A stretch of 48,826 nucleotides of DNA from Acidimicrobiia bacterium (GTDB taxonomy: Bacteria > Actinomycetota > Acidimicrobiia > Spongiisociales > SHLN01). Shown one piece after another: positions 39,029 to 47,960 of the stretch. Location of the stretch: the NCBI GenBank assembly GCA_041619515.1, contig JBFKDW010000001.1, positions 79,129 to 127,954 on the forward strand, written 5' to 3'. Each line of letters starts with the position of its first letter. Position 1 is the stretch's first letter. The notes beneath the pieces were generated by a model. It was not told where the DNA came from. It searched no databases and saw nothing but the letters and a program-made list of their open reading frames with translations. The position numbers and the translations under genes were made by a program.

Positions 39029-39886
39029 TTGGAACGGAAGCGGAGGCTGGGGCTCGGCGCCATGATCGTCGTCGTCACCGGCCTCCTCATGACCCCGGTC
39101 GGCGATGCGACCGCCGATGAGCCCGGCACCGGCGACGTGGTTGTGCTCGTCGAACCAAGCGGCCGCTGGCACATTCGGACCTCCGGAATCGTCGACTACA
39201 CGTTCTGGTACGGAGTGCCCGGCGATGTGCCGCTCCTCGGCGATTGGGATGGTGACGGCGACGACACCCCGGGCATGTACCGGCCGAGCACGGGCTTCGC
39301 CTACCTGACCAACGAGTTGCCGCCGGATCGGGGAGTCGGCGTGGCAGACCCGTCACTGACGTTCTATTTCGGCATCCCCGGCGACCAGGTGTTCGGCGGC
39401 GACTGGGACGGTGACGGGGACGACACGCTCGGCATCAGCCGATCAGGCCATCTGTACCTCAGAAACAGCAACACCACAGGATTCGCCGACCTGGATTTCT
39501 GGTTCGGTGCCGCCGACGACCTGGCCTATGGCGGTGATCCGGACGGCGACGGCTCCGACAACGTGCTGGTCTACCGCGGCTCCACCGGGTTCGTGTATTA
39601 CCGGAACAGCAACACCTCCGGGATAGCCGACGGCGGGGCGTACTTCGGCGAGCCCACGGACCGGTTCGTGATGGGAGACTGGGATGGCGATGGGGACGAC
39701 ACCGTCGGGATGTTTCGACCGAGCGAACGAAGGGTGTATCTGAGCAACAGCCTGGAATCGGGCCCGGCCGACGTCACCTACACCTGGGGACAGAGCAGCT
39801 GGCTGCCGGTGGCCGGCAAGCTCATCCTCCCGTCCGACGAACCCGACCGCGCTCGGGAGGTCCCGGCACTCTCGGGTCCGGCCTGA
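39029..39886 (+). CDS. secreted protein of GDWDGDG (FG-GAP-like, Ca-binding) repeats
   Basis: Signal-like N-terminus and four repeats of (Y/F)G.P.D....GD(W/P)DGDG.D. TTG 39029 follows GAGGGG. Confidence 0.8.
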   Translation: MERKRRLGLGAMIVVVTGLLMTPVGDATADEPGTGDVVVLVEPSGRWHIRTSGIVDYTFWYGVPGDVPLLGDWDGDGDDTPGMYRPSTGFAYLTNELPPDRGVGVADPSLTFYFGIPGDQVFGGDWDGDGDDTLGISRSGHLYLRNSNTTGFADLDFWFGAADDLAYGGDPDGDGSDNVLVYRGSTGFVYYRNSNTSGIADGGAYFGEPTDRFVMGDWDGDGDDTVGMFRPSERRVYLSNSLESGPADVTYTWGQSSWLPVAGKLILPSDEPDRAREVPALSGPA

Positions 39887-39904
39887 CGGGCGCCGGCGGC
39901 TCGG

Positions 39905-41074
39905 TCATCGGGGGTCGGCACCGCGATGGTCCAGCCGGCCGAGGCGTTCCACCGCCCGGCGCAGGGTGTCGGTGTCGCGCGAAAACGAGAAGCGCACCAG
40001 GGAGGAACCGGCGGCGGGGTCGGTATAGAAGACCGAGGGCGGGATCGCGGCCACCCCGCACTGCTCGATCAAGTGGCGGCAGAAGCTCCGATCGTCTTGG
40101 AACCCGAAGGCGGTGTGGTCGGCCATGACGAAGTAGGTGCCCTCTGGCCGATACGGGCGCAGCCCGGCGTGCTCGAGGCCATCGACCAGCACGTCGCGCC
40201 GCTCCCGGTATGAATCCCGCAGCTCGTCGTAGAACTGGTCGGAGGCCCCCAGCGCCGTCACCGCTCCGTGCTGGACCGGGGTCGGGGTGGTGAAGGTCAG
40301 GAACTGGTGGGCTGCCCGCAGGCCGGCCGTGAGCCCCGGTGGCGCAATGGCCCACCCGACCTTCCATCCGGTGAGCGAGTAGGTCTTGCCGAGCGATGAG
40401 AGCGTTACGGTGCGCTCCTCCATGCCGGGCAGCCGGGCAAGGCGTCGATGCTCGGTTTCGTAGGTCATCCACTCGTAGACCTCGTCGCAGATGGCGATGA
40501 GGTCGCGCTCCTGGCAGAGACGGGCGATTTCGCCGAGCTCGGCGTCGTCGAACACTCTCCCGGTCGGGTTGTGCGGTGTGTTGACGACGATCGCCCTGGT
40601 ACGCGACGTGACGGCGGCGCGCAACTCGTCCGGCTCGAGGCGGAAGTCGGGTGGGCGGAGGGTCACGGTCCGAACCAACGCGCCGGCCAGGGCCGCATCG
40701 ACCGGGTAGGCGTCGTAGAACGGCTCGATGAGGACGACCTCGTCACCGGGGTCGAGGAGGCCGAGGAAACTGGCCGCCAGCGCCTCGGTGCACCCGGTGG
40801 TGACCGTGATCTCCTCCACCGGGTCGAGGTCACGTCCCAGCAGTGGTCCGTACCGGTCCGCCAGGGCGGCCCGCAATTGGGGGATCCCGGGGCTGGCCGG
40901 GTACTGGTCCCTGCCGCCCTCCAGCGACCGGGCGGCTGCCTGCTTGATGAATTCGGGCCCGTCCCAGTTCGGAAAGCCCTGTCCGAGGTTTATCGCCCCA
41001 TGCCGTTCGGCCAGCTGGGTGATCTCGGTGAAGATGGTCACCCCGAAGGGTTGGAGGCGGCGGGATACCGGCAT
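39905..41074 (-). CDS. PLP-dependent class I/II aminotransferase (DapC/YbdL-like)
   Basis: INLGQGFP, EPFYDAY, NTPHNPTG, DEVYE, SLGKTYSLTGWKVG. TAGGCT lies 6 nt before the ATG. Confidence 0.93.
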   Translation of the reverse strand: MPVSRRLQPFGVTIFTEITQLAERHGAINLGQGFPNWDGPEFIKQAAARSLEGGRDQYPASPGIPQLRAALADRYGPLLGRDLDPVEEITVTTGCTEALAASFLGLLDPGDEVVLIEPFYDAYPVDAALAGALVRTVTLRPPDFRLEPDELRAAVTSRTRAIVVNTPHNPTGRVFDDAELGEIARLCQERDLIAICDEVYEWMTYETEHRRLARLPGMEERTVTLSSLGKTYSLTGWKVGWAIAPPGLTAGLRAAHQFLTFTTPTPVQHGAVTALGASDQFYDELRDSYRERRDVLVDGLEHAGLRPYRPEGTYFVMADHTAFGFQDDRSFCRHLIEQCGVAAIPPSVFYTDPAAGSSLVRFSFSRDTDTLRRAVERLGRLDHRGADPR

Positions 41075-41288
41075 GGGCGGAGCCTACGATCCCGTGATCA
41101 CGAGTTGCGAAACGGGATGAGCACCGAATCGGGGGATGGCGGCAAATCCGGGACCCGGGGTGTGCGCCTTACCTTCGTGCTGACCGCAGCGAGACTTCCA
41201 GGTCGAAGTGGATGGTGGTGACCACGGTCCCGACAAGTTGGTCTCAGCGCTGTCGGCAGCAGGGAAGAAGGCAGCCTGGGTCATGCAA

Positions 41289-41314
41289 GGAGGGAGGGCT
41301 CGCGCCCTCCCTCC
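41289..41314 (-). terminator. probable intrinsic terminator hairpin
   Basis: Perfect 11-bp stem ggagggagggc/gccctccctcc; the loop reads GCGA (GNRA) on the minus strand; only a short U tail. Confidence 0.6.
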
Positions 41315-41336
41315 CCGTCGAAGCCGATTCTCCGGC

Positions 41337-41450
41337 TTACGGATCCTTCGGGTAGTACCGCCAGAAGAAGTTGAGCGGGTCGTCCTGGGCGACGCCCGTC
41401 AACCGGGGCTGGACCGATGCGACTGCAATCCCCTCTGAGAGGGGCTGCAG
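41337..41450 (-). CDS. possible 37-aa peptide with aromatic-rich C-terminus
   Basis: AGGAGG lies 5 nt before CTG 41450; (M)QPLSEGIAVASVQPRLTGVAQDDPLNFFWRYYPKDP*, followed by the hairpin. The frame is also open back to GTG 41549. Confidence 0.35.
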   Translation of the reverse strand: MQPLSEGIAVASVQPRLTGVAQDDPLNFFWRYYPKDP

Positions 41451-41545
41451 GCAGACCTCCTGCAGAACCGGGCCGCTAGGCGACGACAAAGGTTGGTCCG
41501 GCTTGACGCTTCTCAAAGACCACACCAGTCCCCAGTGACAACCGC

Positions 41546-44335
41546 TCACGACGGTTGATCGCAGGCATAGGCGGGATCGCCGTCTCCGAGATAGCGCCCG
41601 GCTTCGGTTTCGGTGAATCGCCGATCCCCGACAATGTCACAGGCAGCGGCCGCCACTTGGTCGGGACGGAGCTCCCACCGATGCACGCCCGACCCGCCTG
41701 CGTACACCACGCCCGAGTCGCTCGGATCGAACGTCACGCTCTGGGGCTGGGAGCCGAACTCGTTGCGGAGCGGACGGCCGACAATCGTCCCGGTTGCGAG
41801 GTCCCAGACGATGACGGTGGAATCCTCGCTCGATGAGGCCAGGCGGGCGCCGTCGACACTAAAAGCCACCGAGATGACACGGTCGTCGTGCCCGATGAGC
41901 CGTTGCACGAGCTCACCCGAAGCCAGATCCCACAGCTGAATGGTCCGGTCGTCGCTTCCGGTCGCCACAACGGGCTCCGTCGGGTGAACGGCCACCGCGT
42001 CAACCGTGGCGCGATGCCCCCGGAACACGAGAACCTCATCTGCCCCGGCCACCGACCAGACCCGGGCGGTCCGGTCCTCGCCGACCGAGATGACGACGGT
42101 GTCCGCCGACCCAAACGCCACCTCGGCCACATACCCGCCGCCGTGGTCGAAGGCCGTTTGGAGACCCGACTCCACCTCGGTGAGCACGACCCGCCCGTCC
42201 CGTCCTCCGCTCGCCACGAGCGTGCCGTCCCGGCTACCGGCCACCGAAGTCACACCCGGGTGTATCCCGACCTCAACGAACGATCCGTCCGGCTTCCGGA
42301 CCACTAACCGGCCGTCCCCGGTTCCAAACGCAAGATCTCCCGCTTCGCCCAGCGGAGCAACCGCCGCCACCGCACCGGCCCACACCGGATCGGTCCCCAG
42401 GCCGGCGCCGCCCGGATCGACCAGCTCCAGGCCGACAGCTCCGCCGACCGCCAGCTGCGAAACGGAGAAGGCCACCGACCGGACACCAGCCTGAACCGAC
42501 GGACGAGAGGCGAGAGGCGACCGGTCCTCCAGCTCCCAGGTGACGAGCCTGCCGTCGCTCAAGATGGATCGGCCGCGGTCGTCGTCGGCGAAGACGACGG
42601 CCAGCACCGAGGTCACGGCGCGATCCTCGGGAAGGCTGGCCACCACCGCCAGCTCAAACCCGGAAGCCACGTCCCAGGTCCGCACGGTCCCGTCGAGGCT
42701 GCCCGATATCAAGCGGGATCCCGGCTCGTTGAAGGCGACCGAGGTGACCCAATCGCCGTGCCCTCCCACGAGGCGCCGCGGCTCGTCAACCCGGCGAACC
42801 GTCCACATGTGGACCGACCCGTTGTCGGTTCCGCCCGCCAGCAGCTCGCCGTCCGGGGAGAAGGCGAACGACCGAAGCCCGGAGGGCGCCGGTGGCGGGG
42901 GGGGAAAGGGCAGACCGGTCGAGGGCTGCAAGAGGGTGAGGCCACCATCGATCGATCCGATGGCCAGCATGTCGGCATCACCCTGAAACGCGAGGGCGTT
43001 GATCTGCATGCCAGGAGAGACGGCCCCGGTTTCGACACAATCGGCGGCGGCCGTCTTCACCATCACCTCCCCGCCAGTTTGGATGACGGCGGCCACCCGG
43101 GCTCCCCCGGCATCCAGAGCGACCACTGTGGCGATGCCTCCAAATGAGCACTCAGCGACGATCGACCCACCGGCTCGTTCCAGGATGCGGACCCCGTCGG
43201 TCGTTCCGAACGCCATGCGGGTGCCATCGCCACTCACCGCCAGGGCGGTGGTGCTCCCGCTGCCGACGGGGTCGGTCGCCGTACCGGAGCCGGCCTCCCA
43301 GTCGTAAACAACATCCTCGGTGGTCCGGTACAGCGCCCATCTGCCGTCGGGGGTGAAGGCAGCGGCGTCGACCGGCGCATCGACACTGAGCGGCGTCGCC
43401 GATCGCAACCCCGGACCATCCGTCACTCCCCGGATGAGCTCCGATTGGGTTTGGAGGCTGTCGTCCAGGGCAACCCCTTCCAACGCAAGCAGCAAGCCGA
43501 GGTCGAGCTGGTCGTCGTAGAGCGTCGAGGCGTCGCTGGCCCGTCGCAGCGACTCTGCGATCCGCTCGTTCGCTTCCGCCACCTGCCACTGCCACACCGC
43601 CAGGCCGGCGGCGATCGCGATGAGGGTCACCGCCATTGCGATGCCACTCCATACGATGCGGCGCCGTTTCTCGGCCGACGTGCCGGCGCCCACGTACTCG
43701 GTCTGCAACTGGGTAACGGTCGGCTCACTGTCGGGATCAGCCGCCGTCAGGGCATCGCGGGCGCCATGAAGATCGCTCCCCCGCAGCAACAAGCTGCCGT
43801 CCCGCTCCAGCCCCGCCCATTCCAGCGCCCGTTCCAGCAACCGGGTGTGGAAGTCGATCCAGTCGAGATCGCGGTCGGCCGCCTCCTGCAATGATCCGGA
43901 TGCCGGAGCCGGGTCGTCCGGGTCGGCCACGATCCAGTTGATTCGTTCGATCTCCTCGGGAATCGGCTCCCCCGGTTCATCGAGCTTGACGACGATGAGC
44001 CGCTTTCCGTATTCGAGCGCCTTGTCCAGTTCCCGACGGCACTGTGCGGATCGGAGCGAATGATCCGAGAGCATGAACGTGAAGGCGTCGGAGCCGGCTA
44101 TCCCCTGGTCGACCCGATCCCGCCATTCAGCACTGGCCGGGATGTCTTCGAGGTCGAACCACAGCTCCTTGCCTGCCGCCCGCAGGGCATCGAGGAGGGG
44201 CTCCACCCGCTGGGTGTCCCGCCGGCTGTAGCAGATGAAGAGGTCCGGCTTCTCAGGAAGCCCCCGTTCCTCCGGTTGAGGCGACGTCGTCGTGTCGGGA
44301 GCCGCAGGATCGGGCAGATCGGGGCTCGACGTCAC
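41546..44335 (-). CDS. TIR-domain / single TM / WD40 beta-propeller protein
   Basis: TIR: LFICYSRRD, WFDLEDIP, LSDHSLRSAQCRREL..A...GKRLIVV. LLRGSDL linker, TM after RRR, then many WD40 repeats (GHGDWVTSVAFN..SGSLDGTVRTWD; GHDDRVISVAFS..SSSEDSTVIVWD). GTGA-coupled to the upstream lipoprotein. Confidence 0.92.
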   Translation of the reverse strand: MTSSPDLPDPAAPDTTTSPQPEERGLPEKPDLFICYSRRDTQRVEPLLDALRAAGKELWFDLEDIPASAEWRDRVDQGIAGSDAFTFMLSDHSLRSAQCRRELDKALEYGKRLIVVKLDEPGEPIPEEIERINWIVADPDDPAPASGSLQEAADRDLDWIDFHTRLLERALEWAGLERDGSLLLRGSDLHGARDALTAADPDSEPTVTQLQTEYVGAGTSAEKRRRIVWSGIAMAVTLIAIAAGLAVWQWQVAEANERIAESLRRASDASTLYDDQLDLGLLLALEGVALDDSLQTQSELIRGVTDGPGLRSATPLSVDAPVDAAAFTPDGRWALYRTTEDVVYDWEAGSGTATDPVGSGSTTALAVSGDGTRMAFGTTDGVRILERAGGSIVAECSFGGIATVVALDAGGARVAAVIQTGGEVMVKTAAADCVETGAVSPGMQINALAFQGDADMLAIGSIDGGLTLLQPSTGLPFPPPPPAPSGLRSFAFSPDGELLAGGTDNGSVHMWTVRRVDEPRRLVGGHGDWVTSVAFNEPGSRLISGSLDGTVRTWDVASGFELAVVASLPEDRAVTSVLAVVFADDDRGRSILSDGRLVTWELEDRSPLASRPSVQAGVRSVAFSVSQLAVGGAVGLELVDPGGAGLGTDPVWAGAVAAVAPLGEAGDLAFGTGDGRLVVRKPDGSFVEVGIHPGVTSVAGSRDGTLVASGGRDGRVVLTEVESGLQTAFDHGGGYVAEVAFGSADTVVISVGEDRTARVWSVAGADEVLVFRGHRATVDAVAVHPTEPVVATGSDDRTIQLWDLASGELVQRLIGHDDRVISVAFSVDGARLASSSEDSTVIVWDLATGTIVGRPLRNEFGSQPQSVTFDPSDSGVVYAGGSGVHRWELRPDQVAAAACDIVGDRRFTETEAGRYLGDGDPAYACDQPS

Positions 44336-45507
44336 GGCACGATCGTAAAGGAGTAGGTCGCCTCGCTCTTGCCTCCGGCATGGTCCATCGGGTCGACCCG
44401 TGCATAGAGCTGGCACGTCGGTGGTTCGGCAAAGGAAAGTGGATCCGGAATGGTGACTTCAACCTGGTAACGGGTCGTGCCGAGAGGTGAGGGATAGGCA
44501 GGCTCTGGTCCTTCCGTGACGGTGCACGACCCCTGCCAAACGTCCACCCATATCCCGAAGCCGTTGCCCGAGTTCTCCAGGACCACCAGCGTGAAGGAAC
44601 CGCCGGTCGCGCTAAACGACACCTCTTCTCCCTGCGAAACAATGTTCAGATCCAGGCTGGGCTGACGTATTTCGATGAGGGCGACAACCGGGTCGGGAGC
44701 CTCATAGTTGATTGAGGGCTCGGCGGCCTGTACTCGGATGCCGCAGGTTGCGGACAATGATGGGATCCCCGGCAGTTTCAGGTGCTGGTTCACGATCTCA
44801 CATGCGTCGTTGCTATAGGCCCCATCAACGTCGAAGATCTCGTACACCAAAGGAATAGCGGGTTCGACCACCGCCCACAAAGGAACTTCCAATGTCCGGG
44901 TATAGCGGACCGCGGATGCTCCGATCCTGTTCTCGAAGGTGATGTTTGGTTGGGCTTTGGCGATATCGAGTGTCAGCGGATCGGACTCGGCCGCTGCCCA
45001 TGTCGCATTCCCGGGATGCCTGGCTGTGATCGAGCATGTGCCCACCGACTCGATCGAGACCACCCCCGAGCGTTCAACCACCGTGCACCCGCCGGTCGCT
45101 GCGTACACGACACTGTCGTTTTCACCCGACGACGCCTCAGCAGTCACCGTGAAGTCAGGATCGCCCCAGCGCTTCTCACCGACCGCCGTCGTAAACACGA
45201 CTGTCTGAGGCGCAGGCGGCGCCGTCGTTGTAGTCGCCGGCGCGGCGGTCGTGGTGGTCGATGACCCGACCGTCGTGGTAGTGGACGACTCGACCGTTGT
45301 CGTAGTCGATGACCCCACCGTCGTCGTAGTCGATGACCCCACCGTCGTCGTAGTCGACGGCCCAACCGCGGTCGTGGTCGACGGTCCCACCACCATGGTC
45401 GTGGCGGCATCACCACCACCGCATGACGCCAACACCAGCAGTGACGTGGCCAACGCCAGCCTGCCTCGGCGAACCCTAGGGAGCAATAGCGAAGGTAACA
45501 GTGTCAC
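44332..45507 (-). CDS. lipoprotein with Thr/Ser-rich stalk and Cys-containing beta (Ig-like) domains, paralog 2
   Basis: Lipobox LASC, VG(P/S)STTTT repeats, KRWGDPDFTVTA..GGCTVV..VGTCSITA..KAQP.ITFE. Start uncertain; overlaps the paralog 1 end. Confidence 0.8.
   Translation of the reverse strand: MTLLPSLLLPRVRRGRLALATSLLVLASCGGGDAATTMVVGPSTTTAVGPSTTTTVGSSTTTTVGSSTTTTVESSTTTTVGSSTTTTAAPATTTTAPPAPQTVVFTTAVGEKRWGDPDFTVTAEASSGENDSVVYAATGGCTVVERSGVVSIESVGTCSITARHPGNATWAAAESDPLTLDIAKAQPNITFENRIGASAVRYTRTLEVPLWAVVEPAIPLVYEIFDVDGAYSNDACEIVNQHLKLPGIPSLSATCGIRVQAAEPSINYEAPDPVVALIEIRQPSLDLNIVSQGEEVSFSATGGSFTLVVLENSGNGFGIWVDVWQGSCTVTEGPEPAYPSPLGTTRYQVEVTIPDPLSFAEPPTCQLYARVDPMDHAGGKSEATYSFTIVP
45248..45390. 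repeat. 24-bp coding tandem repeat, about 6 imperfect copies (VGxSTTTT)
   Basis: Units such as gtcgatgaccccaccgtcgtcgta repeated in tandem. Confidence 0.85.
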
Positions 45508-46648
45508 TGCCCTTGCCTCCAATGTGGTCGGCAGGGAACCCGGAGGCGGTCACGCTGCAGGAGGGATCGGCCTGACCGGCCGGATCCTCGAGCAGGACCG
45601 TGGTGGTGAACTGAGTAGTGCCACGGGGCACGGTGGGCTCGGGGATTGCGAAGTAGAAGCCGTCGTTGTCGGGGTCGGCGATGCTGCACTGACCGAGGAA
45701 GAACAGCTCCATTCCGTAGACGTCGCCGGATGTCTCCAGAATCGTGAGCGTCACGGCTCCCCCGCTTTGGCTGAACGACACCGGCGATGCGACCGGAACG
45801 ATGTCGACGTTCCAGCTGGGAAACCCGACCGAAACGAGGGCGGTTACGGGGGCTGGGGCATCGTAGTTGCCTGACTTCTCGGCGGCTCGCACCTCGATAC
45901 CGCACACGGCACTGAGGACGGGAAACGGGTTGTCCGGGAAGGCAAATTGCGTGGCCCCAGCCCGGCAGTTGGCATCGTTGTAGGTGTCCAGAGTCTGCAC
46001 GACGCTGAACGTCAACGGAATGGCAGGCTCGACCGACGCCCACCAATCGAGGGTCAGGTTGCGGTTGAACCGGACGTCGACGTCTTCGAAAGTGATGACC
46101 GGCTGGGCTTTGCCGATGTCGAATGTCAGCGGATCTGACTCGGCGGCAGCCCATCTCGCATTGCCCGGATGCCTGGCCGTGATCGAACACGAGCCCACTT
46201 CCTCGATCGACACCACTCCCGAGCCCGCGACTACCGTGCACCCGCCGCTCGCCGTGTAGGTGACGTTCCCGTTGTCGCCCGACGAGGCCTGAGCGGTCAC
46301 CGGAAAGTCGGGATCGCCCCATCGCTTGTCCCCCACCGCAGTCGTGAAGCTGACCGTCTGGAGCGCAGGCGCCGCCGTCGTCGCGGTCGATGGCCCGACC
46401 GTCGTTGTCGTGGTCGATGGCCCGACCGTCGTTGTCGTGGTCGATGGCCCGATCGTCGCCGTTGTCGAGGGCCCCACCGTCGTCGTAGTCGAAGGCCCGA
46501 CCGTCGTACTTGTCGACCCCCCCACCGTAGTCGAGGTTGAAGAGGAGACCGTCGTGGCGGCATCACCACCGCCGCAGGACGCCAACGCCAACAGGCACGC
46601 CGCGGCCAGGGCGGGGAGCCGACGGTGATCGTACTCGGAAGCCCCCAT
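45476..46648 (-). CDS. lipoprotein with Thr/Ser-rich stalk and Cys-containing beta (Ig-like) domains, paralog 1
   Basis: GGAGGTGA RBS, lipobox LASC, VGPSTTTT repeats, and the same KRWGDPDF...AAAESDPLT.DI.KAQP block as paralog 2. Confidence 0.85.
   Translation of the reverse strand: MGASEYDHRRLPALAAACLLALASCGGGDAATTVSSSTSTTVGGSTSTTVGPSTTTTVGPSTTATIGPSTTTTTVGPSTTTTTVGPSTATTAAPALQTVSFTTAVGDKRWGDPDFPVTAQASSGDNGNVTYTASGGCTVVAGSGVVSIEEVGSCSITARHPGNARWAAAESDPLTFDIGKAQPVITFEDVDVRFNRNLTLDWWASVEPAIPLTFSVVQTLDTYNDANCRAGATQFAFPDNPFPVLSAVCGIEVRAAEKSGNYDAPAPVTALVSVGFPSWNVDIVPVASPVSFSQSGGAVTLTILETSGDVYGMELFFLGQCSIADPDNDGFYFAIPEPTVPRGTTQFTTTVLLEDPAGQADPSCSVTASGFPADHIGGKGSDTVTFAIAP
46377..46540. repeat. 24/27-bp coding tandem repeats (VGPSTTTT[T])
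   Basis: gtcgatggcccgaccgtcgttgtcgtg twice, plus diverged 24-bp units. Confidence 0.8.
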
Positions 46649-46827
46649 TCCACTCACCTCCGGACCTCCAGATCCTGGCGTGGTGCCTCTCACGACCATA
46701 CCCGTCGCCGTGACCATGTGGGAGCAGGTGCAGAATCTCACGTCACCGTTATCCACCGCCGGGGAGCGCGCTCAGAACGTGGCTGCCAGCTTCCGCGTCC
46801 AGCCGCCCGATGAGGTCCGGAGGGAAC

Positions 46828-47764
46828 ATGCCAAACCACCCAGCCCGTTTCGGGGTACGCGTCACATGCGCGGGCCCTTTGTCCGGAGCGGACGCCCTCC
46901 ACACGTCATCGGTGGCGGCGGACAAACTGGGCTTCGACACCCTGTGGGTGCACGACTATTTCGTCTGGAACCAGCTGCTGGATTCGGTGCATATCTCCTG
47001 TGGCTCCCGTGAGGCCTATTGGGAGGCGTCGGCACGGGACGACTACCAGCCGTTGTTCATGGAGTCACTCACCAACCTGGCCTATCTGGCCGGGGCAACG
47101 GAGAACATCCGCCTCGGTCTGGCGGTCCTGTGCCTTCCCTACCGAGAGCCAATCGGCACTGCAAAGTAAATAGCCAACATCGACGTGCTCAGCAACGGGC
47201 GCCTCGAGCTCGGGACCGGCCAGGGGGCCCCGAAGAGCACTCAACAATGTCGAGTTCGAGGTCATGGGCATCTCTCGCGCCACCAAAGTCACCCACACTC
47301 GCGAGGTGTTCGAGGCAATGCGGGAGATCTGGACCAAGGACAAGGCCTCCTGGGATGGCAGGTTCTATCCGTTCAAGGATGCCGAGGTGTACCCGAAGCC
47401 GGTCCAGAAGCCCTACCCGCCGATTTGGATCGGAGGCTCGGCCGAGAAGTCGCTCGAGATGATCGCCGACTACGCAGACGGATGGCTGTCCTTTTGGATA
47501 ACTCCCGAGCAGTTCCCGGCCGCCATCGACGACCTTCACGCCCGGATCGCCAACCGAGGGCGTGACCCGGAGGCCTTCACCGGCGGCACTGAAATTCAGG
47601 TGTATCTGGGCGACACGATGGAGCAGGCCCGGGCCGAGACTGAACCGACCATGTTGGCGTTCGAAGAGGGCTACGCCGGTACCACCGGGCATCATCAGGA
47701 AGCCGACGAGCGAGCCGACACCCTCACCGCGATTTGGGCATCGTCACTGGGCATGTGCGGGTAG
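46828..47764 (+). pseudogene. LLM-class (probably F420-dependent) oxidoreductase, disrupted
   Basis: GFDTLWVHDY, LAYLAGATENIRLG, AK*IANIDVLSNGRLELG (TAA 47167-47169 where Gln is expected), frameshift near 47242, then PKPVQKPYPPIWIGG and YADGW. C-terminus appears truncated. Confidence 0.85.
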
Positions 47765-47811
47765 CTCCGGGCGGCATCGACCACCAGAGTGCTCCCGAAG
47801 CAGCTTCGGGC

Positions 47812-47960
47812 GGCTGTGCCGTTGACGGCGAGCTGCGGGAAACCACGTTCCTGCTGCCCTTCCCGTTCGCCACGCCCTTCTACCCCATCTTCGTAGCCGA
47901 ATCGCTCGGCTACTACGAGGACGAGGGCTTGAAGGTAGATATTGAGTTTGCCACCAGCAC
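47812..47960 (+). pseudogene. fragment of a NitT/TauT (NMT1-like) ABC substrate-binding protein
   Basis: ELRETTFLLPFP..TPFYPIFVAESLGYYEDEGLKVDIE resembles the N-terminal motif of this family; no start/signal and no continuation. Confidence 0.6.

Noticed and set aside
39905..41074. Aminotransferase as phosphonopyruvate-to-phosphonoalanine enzyme
   Set aside because: Looks like the ordinary DapC/YbdL-type enzyme, has its own apparent promoter and is separated from pepM by a divergent gene.
41084..41284. Short ORFs on both strands upstream of the aminotransferase
   Set aside because: No recognisable motifs or RBS; possibly a degenerate remnant but unsupported.
41337..41450. Lasso peptide precursor, with AsnB as cyclase
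   Set aside because: Thr(-2)/acidic residue 7-9 spacing does not fit; no B protein or RRE; the AsnB has a full glutaminase domain and lies over 26 kb away.
30961..46540. Short tandem repeats as a possible CRISPR array
   Set aside because: Head-to-tail in-frame coding repeats without unique spacers; no cas genes.
47167..47169. In-frame stop in the LLM gene as recoding
   Set aside because: It is TAA at a Gln-type position and is accompanied by a frameshift, so it indicates a pseudogene.
47750..47764. GMCG ending resembling the mycofactocin precursor (IDGMCGVY)
   Set aside because: Only four residues at a pseudogene breakpoint; no VY and no mft genes.
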